Shown piece by piece: positions 1 to 7,174 of a stretch of 25,170 nucleotides of DNA (the first letter of the stretch is position 1; each line of letters starts with the position of its first letter). Where the stretch lies: positions 1 through 25,170 of IMG/VR virus record IMGVR_UViG_3300020440_001398; one strand, written 5' to 3'. This DNA comes from a virus. Taxonomy: Duplodnaviria > Caudoviricetes. Below the pieces are notes generated by a model. That model searched no databases and was not told the DNA's origin. It saw only the letters and a program-made list of their open reading frames with translations. Made by a program: the position numbers and the translations under genes.

Positions 1-1203
1 GGTTGGGAAGAATGGTCCGGGGAACAATACCATCGTGCGGCACAATCCGCAAGGCAATGGTATTATGAAAACTATAAGCCAGTAGATCTTTATCCTGCTG
101 TTTGGCAATGGATGGAGCAAAATGATTACACTAAAGAACAAATTAGACATGCTAAGTCAGCACCTAGTTACGAACTAAGTATTACAGCTGGCATCACAGC
201 AAAATTACTTATGAACGGGATGCCTGATTATAACGAGAAACATGACAAGTATTGGGAGAGTCTTCCTGGTACAATGGGAAATACCGCTCCTGCTTCAAAG
301 TTTTTAAAAGAACGAATTAAATGTGCTATAGAAGCAGGTTCAAAAGTTGTAGAAGAAAAAAAAGAAATTGAAAAAGAAAAAGCAAACGTATATGTTCCTA
401 CTATACAAGAACGTATTAGAGACCAAGCATATATTCAAAGTGAAGCAATAGACGAATGGTTGGAAGGTTGGATAATTGACCCAAAGTCGTTTGACCCGAA
501 AGGGTTTGACTTTAAAAAACATTTTTCAGAAATGAATGTTACACAAGCACATGCTAGAAAATTAAAAACATTTTTCGAACATGAACTAGATGACTATAAA
601 GAACTAGAAAGATATCCAACAGCAGGACAACTGAAAAAAATGGATGAAAACGAAGCTGACCAGTGGCTACAACTAAAAGAAGGGTATGGACACTTTAAGA
701 AAGCTGATATCAAAAAACTTTTTATAGCCGTAGAAGGCTTGTTACAAGCGTTGGATTTTGTGATTGAGACAGCCAAAGCAACACGAGCTCCAAGAAAGAG
801 CAAACCTAAGAGTGCTACTAAACTTGTAGAAAAACTAAAATATTTGAAAATTGACAACAAATTCAAACTTGCAAGTATATCTCCAGATCAAATTATAGGT
901 ACAAGCGAGCTTTGGGTATTCAATGTCAAAACACGTAAACTAGGAAAGTATATTGCTAAGAATATAGATCCAAAAGGGTTCCAACGTGATGGTAGTGGTT
1001 TGAGTGTTAAAGGTACTACTATACAAGGATATGATGAAGAACAAAGTATTCAAAAAACATTACGCAAACCTGAACAACAACTTAAAGAGTTTAAAGATGC
1101 AGGAAAAGTAAAATTACGTAAGTTCTTAGATGATATTCCTACTACAGACACAAAACTGAACGGTAGATGTAATCCTGAAACTATACTTCTTAAAGTAAAC
1201 TGA
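1..1203 (+). CDS. Conserved phage hypothetical protein, 5'-truncated by the window edge
   Basis: Frame 1 is open from base 1 (GWEEWSGEQYHRAAQ...) into the ORF called at 112, so the real start is probably upstream. Lys-rich C-terminal half (RAPRKSKPKSATKLVEKLKY...LWVFNVKTRKLGKY) resembles hypothetical proteins of large T4-like phages. Function unknown. Confidence 0.75.
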   Translation, partial: GWEEWSGEQYHRAAQSARQWYYENYKPVDLYPAVWQWMEQNDYTKEQIRHAKSAPSYELSITAGITAKLLMNGMPDYNEKHDKYWESLPGTMGNTAPASKFLKERIKCAIEAGSKVVEEKKEIEKEKANVYVPTIQERIRDQAYIQSEAIDEWLEGWIIDPKSFDPKGFDFKKHFSEMNVTQAHARKLKTFFEHELDDYKELERYPTAGQLKKMDENEADQWLQLKEGYGHFKKADIKKLFIAVEGLLQALDFVIETAKATRAPRKSKPKSATKLVEKLKYLKIDNKFKLASISPDQIIGTSELWVFNVKTRKLGKYIAKNIDPKGFQRDGSGLSVKGTTIQGYDEEQSIQKTLRKPEQQLKEFKDAGKVKLRKFLDDIPTTDTKLNGRCNPETILLKVN

Positions 1204-1209
1204 TAAATA
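1202..1209 (+). promoter_or_regulatory. Late-type promoter GATAAATA
   Basis: TAAATA core (1204-1209) resembles the T4 late promoter TATAAATA and recurs before several structural genes in this window. ATG at 1215 lies 5 nt after it. Confidence 0.65.
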
Positions 1210-1214
1210 TTAGC

Positions 1215-2312
1215 ATGAGTATACATGACATAAGAACAGGATTAACTGCTTTGACTAATGCCGTAGATGCACTACAAAGCGCACCGCCACCATCACCTGA
1301 AATACTAGACAGAGCTTTGTCTGGTAATAAAATTAACGGTGGAATGATAACAAACTTCAGTTCAAAAGGAATAACGGACGAAGCTACAGTTAATCAAATT
1401 CTTACTGTACACAATGATGGTATTACTGTAAAAGCAATACAAACACAATCTATAGACAATTCTCTTACAGTAAAAGGTGATTTAACTGTTCAAGGCGAAG
1501 TACATGCAACAAGGTTACATGTGGATGAAGTTAGTGCAGATGTACGTAATGAAAGATCTTCGTCACTAGAATTTACTGCAACATCAGGAGCACATAGTGG
1601 CAAAGGCTTACTATGGACTGGTGCTGAAGATTATACAAAACAATTTGTGTTTCGTAACCAACCAAACAGAATGTGGAGTAGCGACGATATAGATATTGAT
1701 CGCGAAAAAGTATATCGTATAGAAGGCATTCCTGTACTAACACTTACAACACTAGGAAGAAGTGTAACTGAAAGTAACTTACAAACTCTGGGAACATTAC
1801 AGTCATTAGAAGTACAAGGTAATGTTAACATAGACGGAGTTGTGTATTGGGATACTGATAGTGAAAGACTTGGTATAGGAACTGATGCTCCTAACGGTAT
1901 GTTAGCTCTAAAGAACATAGATCATGAATTTATAATAGACAATACTATTGATAAAAAATTTAAATTAGGAACTTGGACTACAAGTGCATTACAAATTGTT
2001 ACAGATGACACTACACGTATAGAAGTAGCAGCAAACGGAAATATTAGTCTCAATGGCAGAGTAAATATTACACACCCGATAGGAGTTGGTGTTAATAACT
2101 TTGCAGATGATGTAGATATTACTACAGCTAGAGCTGTAAGAATACAGAACAAAAAATTTGAAACTGGCACATCAGTGCCTAGTACAGGTAACTATATAGT
2201 CGGAGACATAATATGGAATCAAAATCCTACTCCAACAGGCTTCGTTGGATGGATATGTGTAAGAGCTGGTACTCCGGGAGAATGGAAAAAGTTTGGTCAA
2301 ATTCAAAGTTAA
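1215..2312 (+). CDS. Putative virion structural / tail-fibre-like protein
   Basis: Gly/Thr/Val/Asn-rich beta-repeat character (RLGIGTDAPNG). C-terminal GDIIWNQNPTPTGFVGWICVRAGTPGEWKKFG motif is typical of phage tail fibre/spike termini. Late-type promoter upstream. Confidence 0.6.
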   Translation: MSIHDIRTGLTALTNAVDALQSAPPPSPEILDRALSGNKINGGMITNFSSKGITDEATVNQILTVHNDGITVKAIQTQSIDNSLTVKGDLTVQGEVHATRLHVDEVSADVRNERSSSLEFTATSGAHSGKGLLWTGAEDYTKQFVFRNQPNRMWSSDDIDIDREKVYRIEGIPVLTLTTLGRSVTESNLQTLGTLQSLEVQGNVNIDGVVYWDTDSERLGIGTDAPNGMLALKNIDHEFIIDNTIDKKFKLGTWTTSALQIVTDDTTRIEVAANGNISLNGRVNITHPIGVGVNNFADDVDITTARAVRIQNKKFETGTSVPSTGNYIVGDIIWNQNPTPTGFVGWICVRAGTPGEWKKFGQIQS

Positions 2313-2324
2313 GTTCTTAATACA

Positions 2325-2588
2325 ATGTGGGAATTCTTAGCAAAAATATTACCGGCGATAGCTTTACTGTTAGTGTTAATTGTACACTTTTCTGATTTAC
2401 AAAATACCTTTGATTACATAATGATAGCTATTTCTGTTGCCTTTAGTGTAACAGCAGTTATATGGTGGTGGTGGATAATGATGTTTGCTAGAAAACTTAC
2501 TGAAGTAAATAATAAAAGTTTAGACCGCTTTGAGGAAATAGCAAAAGAATTAAAAGACCTACGAAAAGAGATCAATAAGAAGAAATAA
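2325..2588 (+). CDS. Small membrane protein (2 TM helices plus charged coiled-coil tail)
   Basis: Two hydrophobic stretches (ILPAIALLLVLIVHF; YIMIAISVAFSVTAVIWWWWIMMFA) followed by a charged heptad-like C-terminus. Packs tightly between neighbours. Confidence 0.65.
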   Translation: MWEFLAKILPAIALLLVLIVHFSDLQNTFDYIMIAISVAFSVTAVIWWWWIMMFARKLTEVNNKSLDRFEEIAKELKDLRKEINKKK

Positions 2589-2589
2589 A

Positions 2590-3165
2590 ATGTTTGTACT
2601 AGGTAACGGAGAAAGCAGAAAACCAATTAATGTAAATGCGTTGCCAGGTCCTACTATAGGATGTAATGCTATTTGCCGAGACTACTTTGTGGATCATCTA
2701 ATATGTGTAGATCGTAGAATGGTCGAACAAGCCCATAATAATTACTCCCAAAACTTTAACAAAATTTACACTAGAACAGACTGGTTAGATAATTTTGAGC
2801 ATATTAAAAATCTATTTGCAGTTCCTGAAGTGCCTTACGGAATAGAAGTAAGAGCAGATGAACCCTTCCAATGGGGGAGTGGGCCATATGCTGTATTGTT
2901 AGCAACACTGATGAGTAAGGAAATTCATATGATAGGTTTTGATTTGTATGGTAAAGGGCAACTTGTAAATAACATATACAAAGATACTGAACACTATGAT
3001 GCTTCAAACAAAAGTGCAGTTGATCCTAGATATTGGAAACATCAAATAGGTAAAGTAATAGAATCAAATCAGCACATAAAATTTATCATATATCAAAGCG
3101 AATGGGATTTGCCAAAACAGTGGAATTTTGCTAATGTTTCACTTGACAGCCTAAGAAACTTATAG
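2590..3165 (+). CDS. Cst-II/Maf(DUF115)-like Rossmann-fold transferase (sialyltransferase-like)
   Basis: Motif order VLGNGESR...IGCNA...GSGPYAVLLA...KEIHMIGFDLY parallels Campylobacter Cst-II (IAGNGPSL...RCN...TSG...KEIYLSGIDFY). Confidence 0.55.
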   Translation: MFVLGNGESRKPINVNALPGPTIGCNAICRDYFVDHLICVDRRMVEQAHNNYSQNFNKIYTRTDWLDNFEHIKNLFAVPEVPYGIEVRADEPFQWGSGPYAVLLATLMSKEIHMIGFDLYGKGQLVNNIYKDTEHYDASNKSAVDPRYWKHQIGKVIESNQHIKFIIYQSEWDLPKQWNFANVSLDSLRNL

Positions 3166-3171
3166 TATAAT
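3143..3171 (+). promoter_or_regulatory. Consensus sigma70 promoter for the queD operon
   Basis: TTGACA (3143-3148), 17-nt spacer, TATAAT (3166-3171): perfect consensus. A late-like TAAGTA follows at 3171-3176. Confidence 0.85.
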
Positions 3172-3183
3172 AAGTATAATACA

Positions 3184-3235
3184 TAGAGGACTTAGCGTCA
3201 ACCCTCCTAATTCTGCCGCTGTAACATAGGAGAAT
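3184..3235 (+). ncRNA. Candidate cis-regulatory pseudoknot RNA (preQ1-I-riboswitch-like) in the queD 5' UTR
   Basis: P1: GAGG 3186-3189 / CCUC 3203-3206. Loop UAGCG 3193-3197 pairs with CGCUG 3217-3221 (H-type pseudoknot). CUCCUA 3204-3209 is complementary to the SD region UAGGAG 3227-3232. Lies between promoter and queD. Confidence 0.5.
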
Positions 3236-3239
3236 AAAC

Positions 3240-3716
3240 ATGGCTTTTTATAGCACAAAAACATACGGACACAACATTGGACTTTCAGCAGTGTTCAGAC
3301 AACCTAATGCAGATCATTCACACTGTCATCTGCTTCACGGATACAGTCTGCAATTTAAATTTACATTTGGATGTTCAGACCTTGACAACAAAAACTGGGC
3401 AGTAGACTTTGGTGGATTGAAACCATTGAAGGCTTGGCTCGAAGATAGTTTTGATCACAAGACATGTGTAGACATTAACGATCCACACAAACAAGACTTC
3501 TATGATTTGCAAGACAAAGACTTGTGCGAAGTAAGAGAATTTGATGGTGTTGGTGCAGAGATGTTTGCAAAACATGCTTATGATTTTGCTACACAACTTG
3601 TTGAAAAAATGACCAACGGACGTTGTTGGGTTGAATCTGTCGAGTGTGCAGAGCATGGTGCTAACAGTGCTATCTATACTCCCTTCGAATCTCAGAAGAT
3701 TAGATTTGATGGCTAA
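3240..3716 (+). CDS. queD: 6-pyruvoyl-tetrahydropterin synthase / 6-carboxy-tetrahydropterin synthase family (QueD-like)
   Basis: T-fold PTPS/QueD motifs: HCHLLHGY, W.VDFGGLK, FDHK, GAEMFAK, VESVECAEH. Strong SD AGGAGA at 3228-3233. Confidence 0.85.
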   Translation: MAFYSTKTYGHNIGLSAVFRQPNADHSHCHLLHGYSLQFKFTFGCSDLDNKNWAVDFGGLKPLKAWLEDSFDHKTCVDINDPHKQDFYDLQDKDLCEVREFDGVGAEMFAKHAYDFATQLVEKMTNGRCWVESVECAEHGANSAIYTPFESQKIRFDG

Positions 3717-4533
3717 GATTGATAAAAGCAAATATACCAAAGAAGAAATTAAAGCAATGAAAGCAGCAAAGCGTGAGCGTAAGGCTGCTAAATTGTTAAA
3801 AAACTCTGTGAAGAACTTTCCTGCTTCAAAAGATAAGAATATTTTAGTCCTAAAACACGGACAAAAATACAGTGCCGATTATGTGAACAAAATGTATAAT
3901 ATGGTTACTGCTAATCTTGAATATGATTTCAACTTCTATTGTATTACTGAAGATCCTGTCAATCTTAATCCTAAAATAAATGTTATTCCTTTACCCACTG
4001 TTGCAGTTACCGGTTGGTGGTACAAGCCGTATATATTTTCGGCAGATTTACCTATAGAAGGAACTATCCTTTATCTAGATTTAGATCTTGTTGTAACAAA
4101 TAGTTTGGATAGACTGTTTGATTTTTATCCGGGAGAATATTGTATTATTAGAGACTTCACTCGAAGTATGCGTCCTAATTGGGAAAAGTATAATTCTAGT
4201 GTAGTAAGATTTGAAAAGGGACAACTTGATCACGTTTGGCAACGTTTTCAAAAAGAACATCTTTTAATCATGCGTAAATTTTATGGTGATCAAGACTATC
4301 TGTGGGAAGTTACTCAAGGTAAAGCAAAAGTATTTCCAGACCCCTGGGTAAGAAGTTGGAAGTGGGAAGTACGCAAAGATAAAAGATTCAAGCCAGGCCA
4401 GACTCGAGGAAATAGAGAGCTACAAGATATTGAACATGTTAAAGCACCAGAGGACTGTTGTATTGTTGCATTTCATGGTGATCCTAATCCTCATAATTGT
4501 CATGATCCGTATATAGTAGAAAAATGGAAATAG
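3709..4533 (+). CDS. GT-A fold (GT8-like) glycosyltransferase
   Basis: DxD motif in ILYLDLDLVV, plus YNSSVVRF, GDQDYL and VAFHGDPNPH. Likely start is ATG 3709, overlapping the queD stop, rather than the 3631 ORF-finder start. Confidence 0.8.
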   Translation: MAKIDKSKYTKEEIKAMKAAKRERKAAKLLKNSVKNFPASKDKNILVLKHGQKYSADYVNKMYNMVTANLEYDFNFYCITEDPVNLNPKINVIPLPTVAVTGWWYKPYIFSADLPIEGTILYLDLDLVVTNSLDRLFDFYPGEYCIIRDFTRSMRPNWEKYNSSVVRFEKGQLDHVWQRFQKEHLLIMRKFYGDQDYLWEVTQGKAKVFPDPWVRSWKWEVRKDKRFKPGQTRGNRELQDIEHVKAPEDCCIVAFHGDPNPHNCHDPYIVEKWK

Positions 4534-5063
4534 AAACTTTTGATAATTTAATACCAATGAATATACAAGAAGAACTGTTAGCACTACATACTGACAATTA
4601 TTTTCCCTGGTACTTCCAATCACAAACAGCAGATTATAACGACAAATTTGCAAATTTTAAAGATGTTGAATGTTTTCAATTTAGTCATGGATCTTTTTAT
4701 AATGGAGAAAAACTAAGTGAAGTTTTCGACTACACAAAAAAAATTTTAAACTATATAGATGGTGCTTTTGATATTTTAAGGATAAAGTCAAACTTCACAA
4801 CTAACATTACTAATTATAAAACAGGCGACCATCAACCTATTCATATAGATAGTAACACAGATAATGTGTCTTTGCTTTATTATGTTAACGACAATGACGG
4901 AGGAACATTATTTTTTGATAATAACAATAATGTTGTAAAAAAAGTAAATGCAAAGAAAGGCAGACTTTTAGTCTTTCCTGCCAATATGAAACATGCAGGA
5001 TTCAATCCTATTAAACATCAATACAAGATTGTAATAAATTATGTTCTTGACAAAAACAAATAA
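4524..5063 (+). CDS. 2OG-Fe(II) oxygenase superfamily protein
   Basis: HxD (PIHID), LLYYVNDNDGGTLFF, KKGRLLVFP, distal His (KHAG) and KIVIN strand, the pattern of phage prolyl-hydroxylase-like oxygenases. Confidence 0.85.
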   Translation: MEIETFDNLIPMNIQEELLALHTDNYFPWYFQSQTADYNDKFANFKDVECFQFSHGSFYNGEKLSEVFDYTKKILNYIDGAFDILRIKSNFTTNITNYKTGDHQPIHIDSNTDNVSLLYYVNDNDGGTLFFDNNNNVVKKVNAKKGRLLVFPANMKHAGFNPIKHQYKIVINYVLDKNK

Positions 5064-5075
5064 AGGTGTTATTAT
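5047..5075 (+). promoter_or_regulatory. sigma70 promoter with extended -10 for uvsE
   Basis: TTGACA 5047-5052, 17-nt spacer, TG at 5067-5068, TATTAT 5070-5075. Expected +1 coincides with ATG 5082. Confidence 0.75.
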
Positions 5076-5081
5076 ACTAAC

Positions 5082-6155
5082 ATGATGAATCACAAACGCA
5101 TAGGCTTTGCATGTAAATACATGCATCCAGATCAAACACAGAAAAAGAAACTTCTCGAGGAAATACAGCGACCGCTAAATACTCGTAGCACAACAGTACA
5201 ATGGCTCAATAGGCAGACACGTGATGTTGCTGAAGAACGCTTATGGGAACTAATGGTTCACAACATTGCGTCATACAAGAGGTTGATTGAATATGTTGGA
5301 AGCCTTCCTCCAGAACTTCGTATGGTCAGATTGGGTAGCGATGTCCTTCCTGTTTATACCGAGCCTACTTGGTGTTATTATTGGCGCAAGCCCGATGTTA
5401 TTGCGTATTGCGAAAGAGAGTTTGCCAAGGTCGGTGAAACAGCAAGAACCCTCGATGTCCGATTATCGATGCACCCAGGCCAATTTACTGTACTTGCAAG
5501 CGACAACCCAGAGATTGTCGAAAGATCTATAGAGGAGTTTGAATATCATGTTAATTGCATCAGATGGATGGGCTATGGCCAATCGTTCCAAGACTTTAAA
5601 TGCAACGTCCATATATCCGGTAGGCAAGGTCCAGCCGGTATCAAACACGCAGTCAACAACAGACTTTCTCCAGAAGCGAGAAACACGATTACGATCGAAA
5701 ATGACGAAAACAAATGGGGTCTCGATTCAAGCATCGAGCTCGTCGACACCTGCGCATTGGTACTCGACATACACCATCACTGGTGCCGTGAAGGTGAATA
5801 TATACGTGCCACCGACGATAGATTTAATCGCGTGATAGATTCGTGGCGTGGTGTGCGTCCTGTGATACATTATTCATACAGTAGAAACGAACACTTGCCA
5901 GATGGCTACAATCATATAGGTATGCCCGACATGACTACATTAATAGAGTCAGGCTACAAGAAAGCAAAATTACGTGCTCACAGCGATTACTATCCAAACA
6001 ATGCTGTAAATGACTGGGCATTGTCGTTTTTGCCATATGCAGATATTATGTGCGAAAGCAAGTGTAAAAACCTTGCAAGTATAAATTTATATAAATACTA
6101 TATAGGAGACAAACATGAAAACAAAAGGCATAAAAAAGAACTTGTCCTTGGATAA
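5082..6155 (+). CDS. uvsE: UV damage endonuclease (UvdE/UvsE family)
   Basis: RIGFACK N-terminus, RLGSD, RLSMHPGQF, IENDE, VLDIHHHW, HYS, RAHSD and DIMCESKCKN motifs of the UVDE TIM-barrel family. Confidence 0.92.
   Translation: MMNHKRIGFACKYMHPDQTQKKKLLEEIQRPLNTRSTTVQWLNRQTRDVAEERLWELMVHNIASYKRLIEYVGSLPPELRMVRLGSDVLPVYTEPTWCYYWRKPDVIAYCEREFAKVGETARTLDVRLSMHPGQFTVLASDNPEIVERSIEEFEYHVNCIRWMGYGQSFQDFKCNVHISGRQGPAGIKHAVNNRLSPEARNTITIENDENKWGLDSSIELVDTCALVLDIHHHWCREGEYIRATDDRFNRVIDSWRGVRPVIHYSYSRNEHLPDGYNHIGMPDMTTLIESGYKKAKLRAHSDYYPNNAVNDWALSFLPYADIMCESKCKNLASINLYKYYIGDKHENKRHKKELVLG
6090..6097 (+). promoter_or_regulatory. T4-type late promoter TATAAATA
   Basis: Exact TATAAATA inside the uvsE 3' end, followed by SD AGGAG (6104-6108) and ATG 6115. 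Confidence 0.7.
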
Positions 6156-6285
6156 AATTAAAGGGATCCGTATTGATACAGGGCCTGTAACATATGTCCC
6201 TGTTGTAAAAGAATATAAATTTCCAACGCCTGAAAAATCTATAAAAGCTAAAGATAATATTAAAAAAGACGGCTGGAAATATTAG
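6115..6285 (+). CDS. Small Lys-rich hypothetical protein (56 aa), missing from the ORF track
   Basis: Translated by hand: MKTKGIKKNLSLDKIKGIRIDTGPVTYVPVVKEYKFPTPEKSIKAKDNIKKDGWKY. Has a late promoter and AGGAG SD. Its stop overlaps the SD of the next gene. Confidence 0.75.
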   Translation: MKTKGIKKNLSLDKIKGIRIDTGPVTYVPVVKEYKFPTPEKSIKAKDNIKKDGWKY

Positions 6286-6293
6286 GAGTTAAA

Positions 6294-6455
6294 ATGAAAA
6301 ATTGGATCAAATCAAGAATTGAGGAACGCACATCAATGGATGGTGCTGTTCTAATAGGATTAGGACTAATTGTATTGATTGCAGGACCTTTTGCTAAACT
6401 AGCTGCTTATGCAGCAATAGCATATGGTGCATGGACTATTTGGAAAAAAGACTAA
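6294..6455 (+). CDS. Small two-TM membrane protein (53 aa, holin-like), missing from the ORF track
   Basis: MKNWIKSRIEERTSMDGAVLIGLGLIVLIAGPFAKLAAYAAIAYGAWTIWKKD. SD AGGAG at 6284-6288. Hydrophobic hairpin with a basic C-terminus. Confidence 0.75.
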   Translation: MKNWIKSRIEERTSMDGAVLIGLGLIVLIAGPFAKLAAYAAIAYGAWTIWKKD

Positions 6456-6739
6456 AGTTTACTTATATCTAAACCACTACTGGCTGGTAAATCCCAGATG
6501 TGTTTTCTTGTGACTCCCATCTTTTGAGCAAACTTTTTACTATCGCAACTACCACATACATGAAAATAATTATTGTTTATCCTATTAGGATCCATACTAC
6601 TTCGTAGTCTTTCAAATTCTGTATTACAATTATCACAGCGTAAAACTAACATAGTGCGGTTGCGAGTATATTCGTGCTTGACTCCGCATTTACTATGTCT
6701 AGTGTATCGCTTTGCTACCAAAAATTCTTTTATATACAT
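6452..6739 (-). CDS. Metal-binding (CxxC...CxxC) basic hypothetical protein
   Basis: RCDNC and VCGSC pairs. Fills a gap with no credible + strand gene. Own TAAATA promoter on the minus strand. 4-bp convergent stop overlap with 6294-6455. Confidence 0.7.
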   Translation of the reverse strand: MYIKEFLVAKRYTRHSKCGVKHEYTRNRTMLVLRCDNCNTEFERLRSSMDPNRINNNYFHVCGSCDSKKFAQKMGVTRKHIWDLPASSGLDISKL

Positions 6740-6744
6740 AACTA

Positions 6745-6780
6745 TATTTACATTAAGTTTATAAAAAGCAACGATAAATA
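6745..6780. promoter_or_regulatory. Back-to-back late-type promoters
   Basis: TATTTA at 6745-6750 (TAAATA on the minus strand) and GATAAATA at 6773-6780 on the plus strand. Confidence 0.6.
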
Positions 6781-6799
6781 CATTTATAAAGGAGCCAAA

Positions 6800-7174
6800 A
6801 TGACTGTTTGCACACTGACTGACGCCGCAAAAACACAGATAGATACTATCTGTACAGAAAATAATGCTATTGCAGTAACATTAAATATGAAGGGTGGAGG
6901 ATGTGCCGGCTTTGAATACGACTGGGGTACTATTAGCGATGCACGAGATATACAAGACGGTGATGAGATTATACCAACAGACGAAGGCTTTAGTTTAATT
7001 ATAGGTTCACACAGCATTATGTTTATGATAGGAACTGTGGTAGACTACAAAAAAGATATTATAGGTTCGATGTTTGATATTACAAATCCTAATGCACAGA
7101 GTAGTTGCGGGTGTGGTGTAAGTGTTAACTTCGATATAGACAAATTACAAATACCGCTTGAGATGGAGCAATAA
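6800..7174 (+). CDS. iscA: A-type Fe-S cluster carrier (IscA/SufA/ErpA, HesB family)
   Basis: GGGCAGFEY and NPNAQSSCGCGVS supply the three conserved Cys. Start reassigned to ATG 6800, after SD AAGGAG, instead of 6674. Confidence 0.9.
   Translation: MTVCTLTDAAKTQIDTICTENNAIAVTLNMKGGGCAGFEYDWGTISDARDIQDGDEIIPTDEGFSLIIGSHSIMFMIGTVVDYKKDIIGSMFDITNPNAQSSCGCGVSVNFDIDKLQIPLEMEQ

Noticed and set aside
3631-3708. ORF-track N-terminal extension of the glycosyltransferase
   Set aside because: Deep overlap with queD and a TTG start. ATG 3709, coupled to the queD stop, is more plausible.
5287-5835. Alternative-frame + strand ORFs inside uvsE
   Set aside because: Explained by locally higher GC and fewer stops. 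No recognisable protein features.
6674-6799. ORF-track N-terminal extension of iscA
   Set aside because: Overlaps the minus-strand gene and the promoters. SD AAGGAG points to ATG 6800, where family similarity begins.
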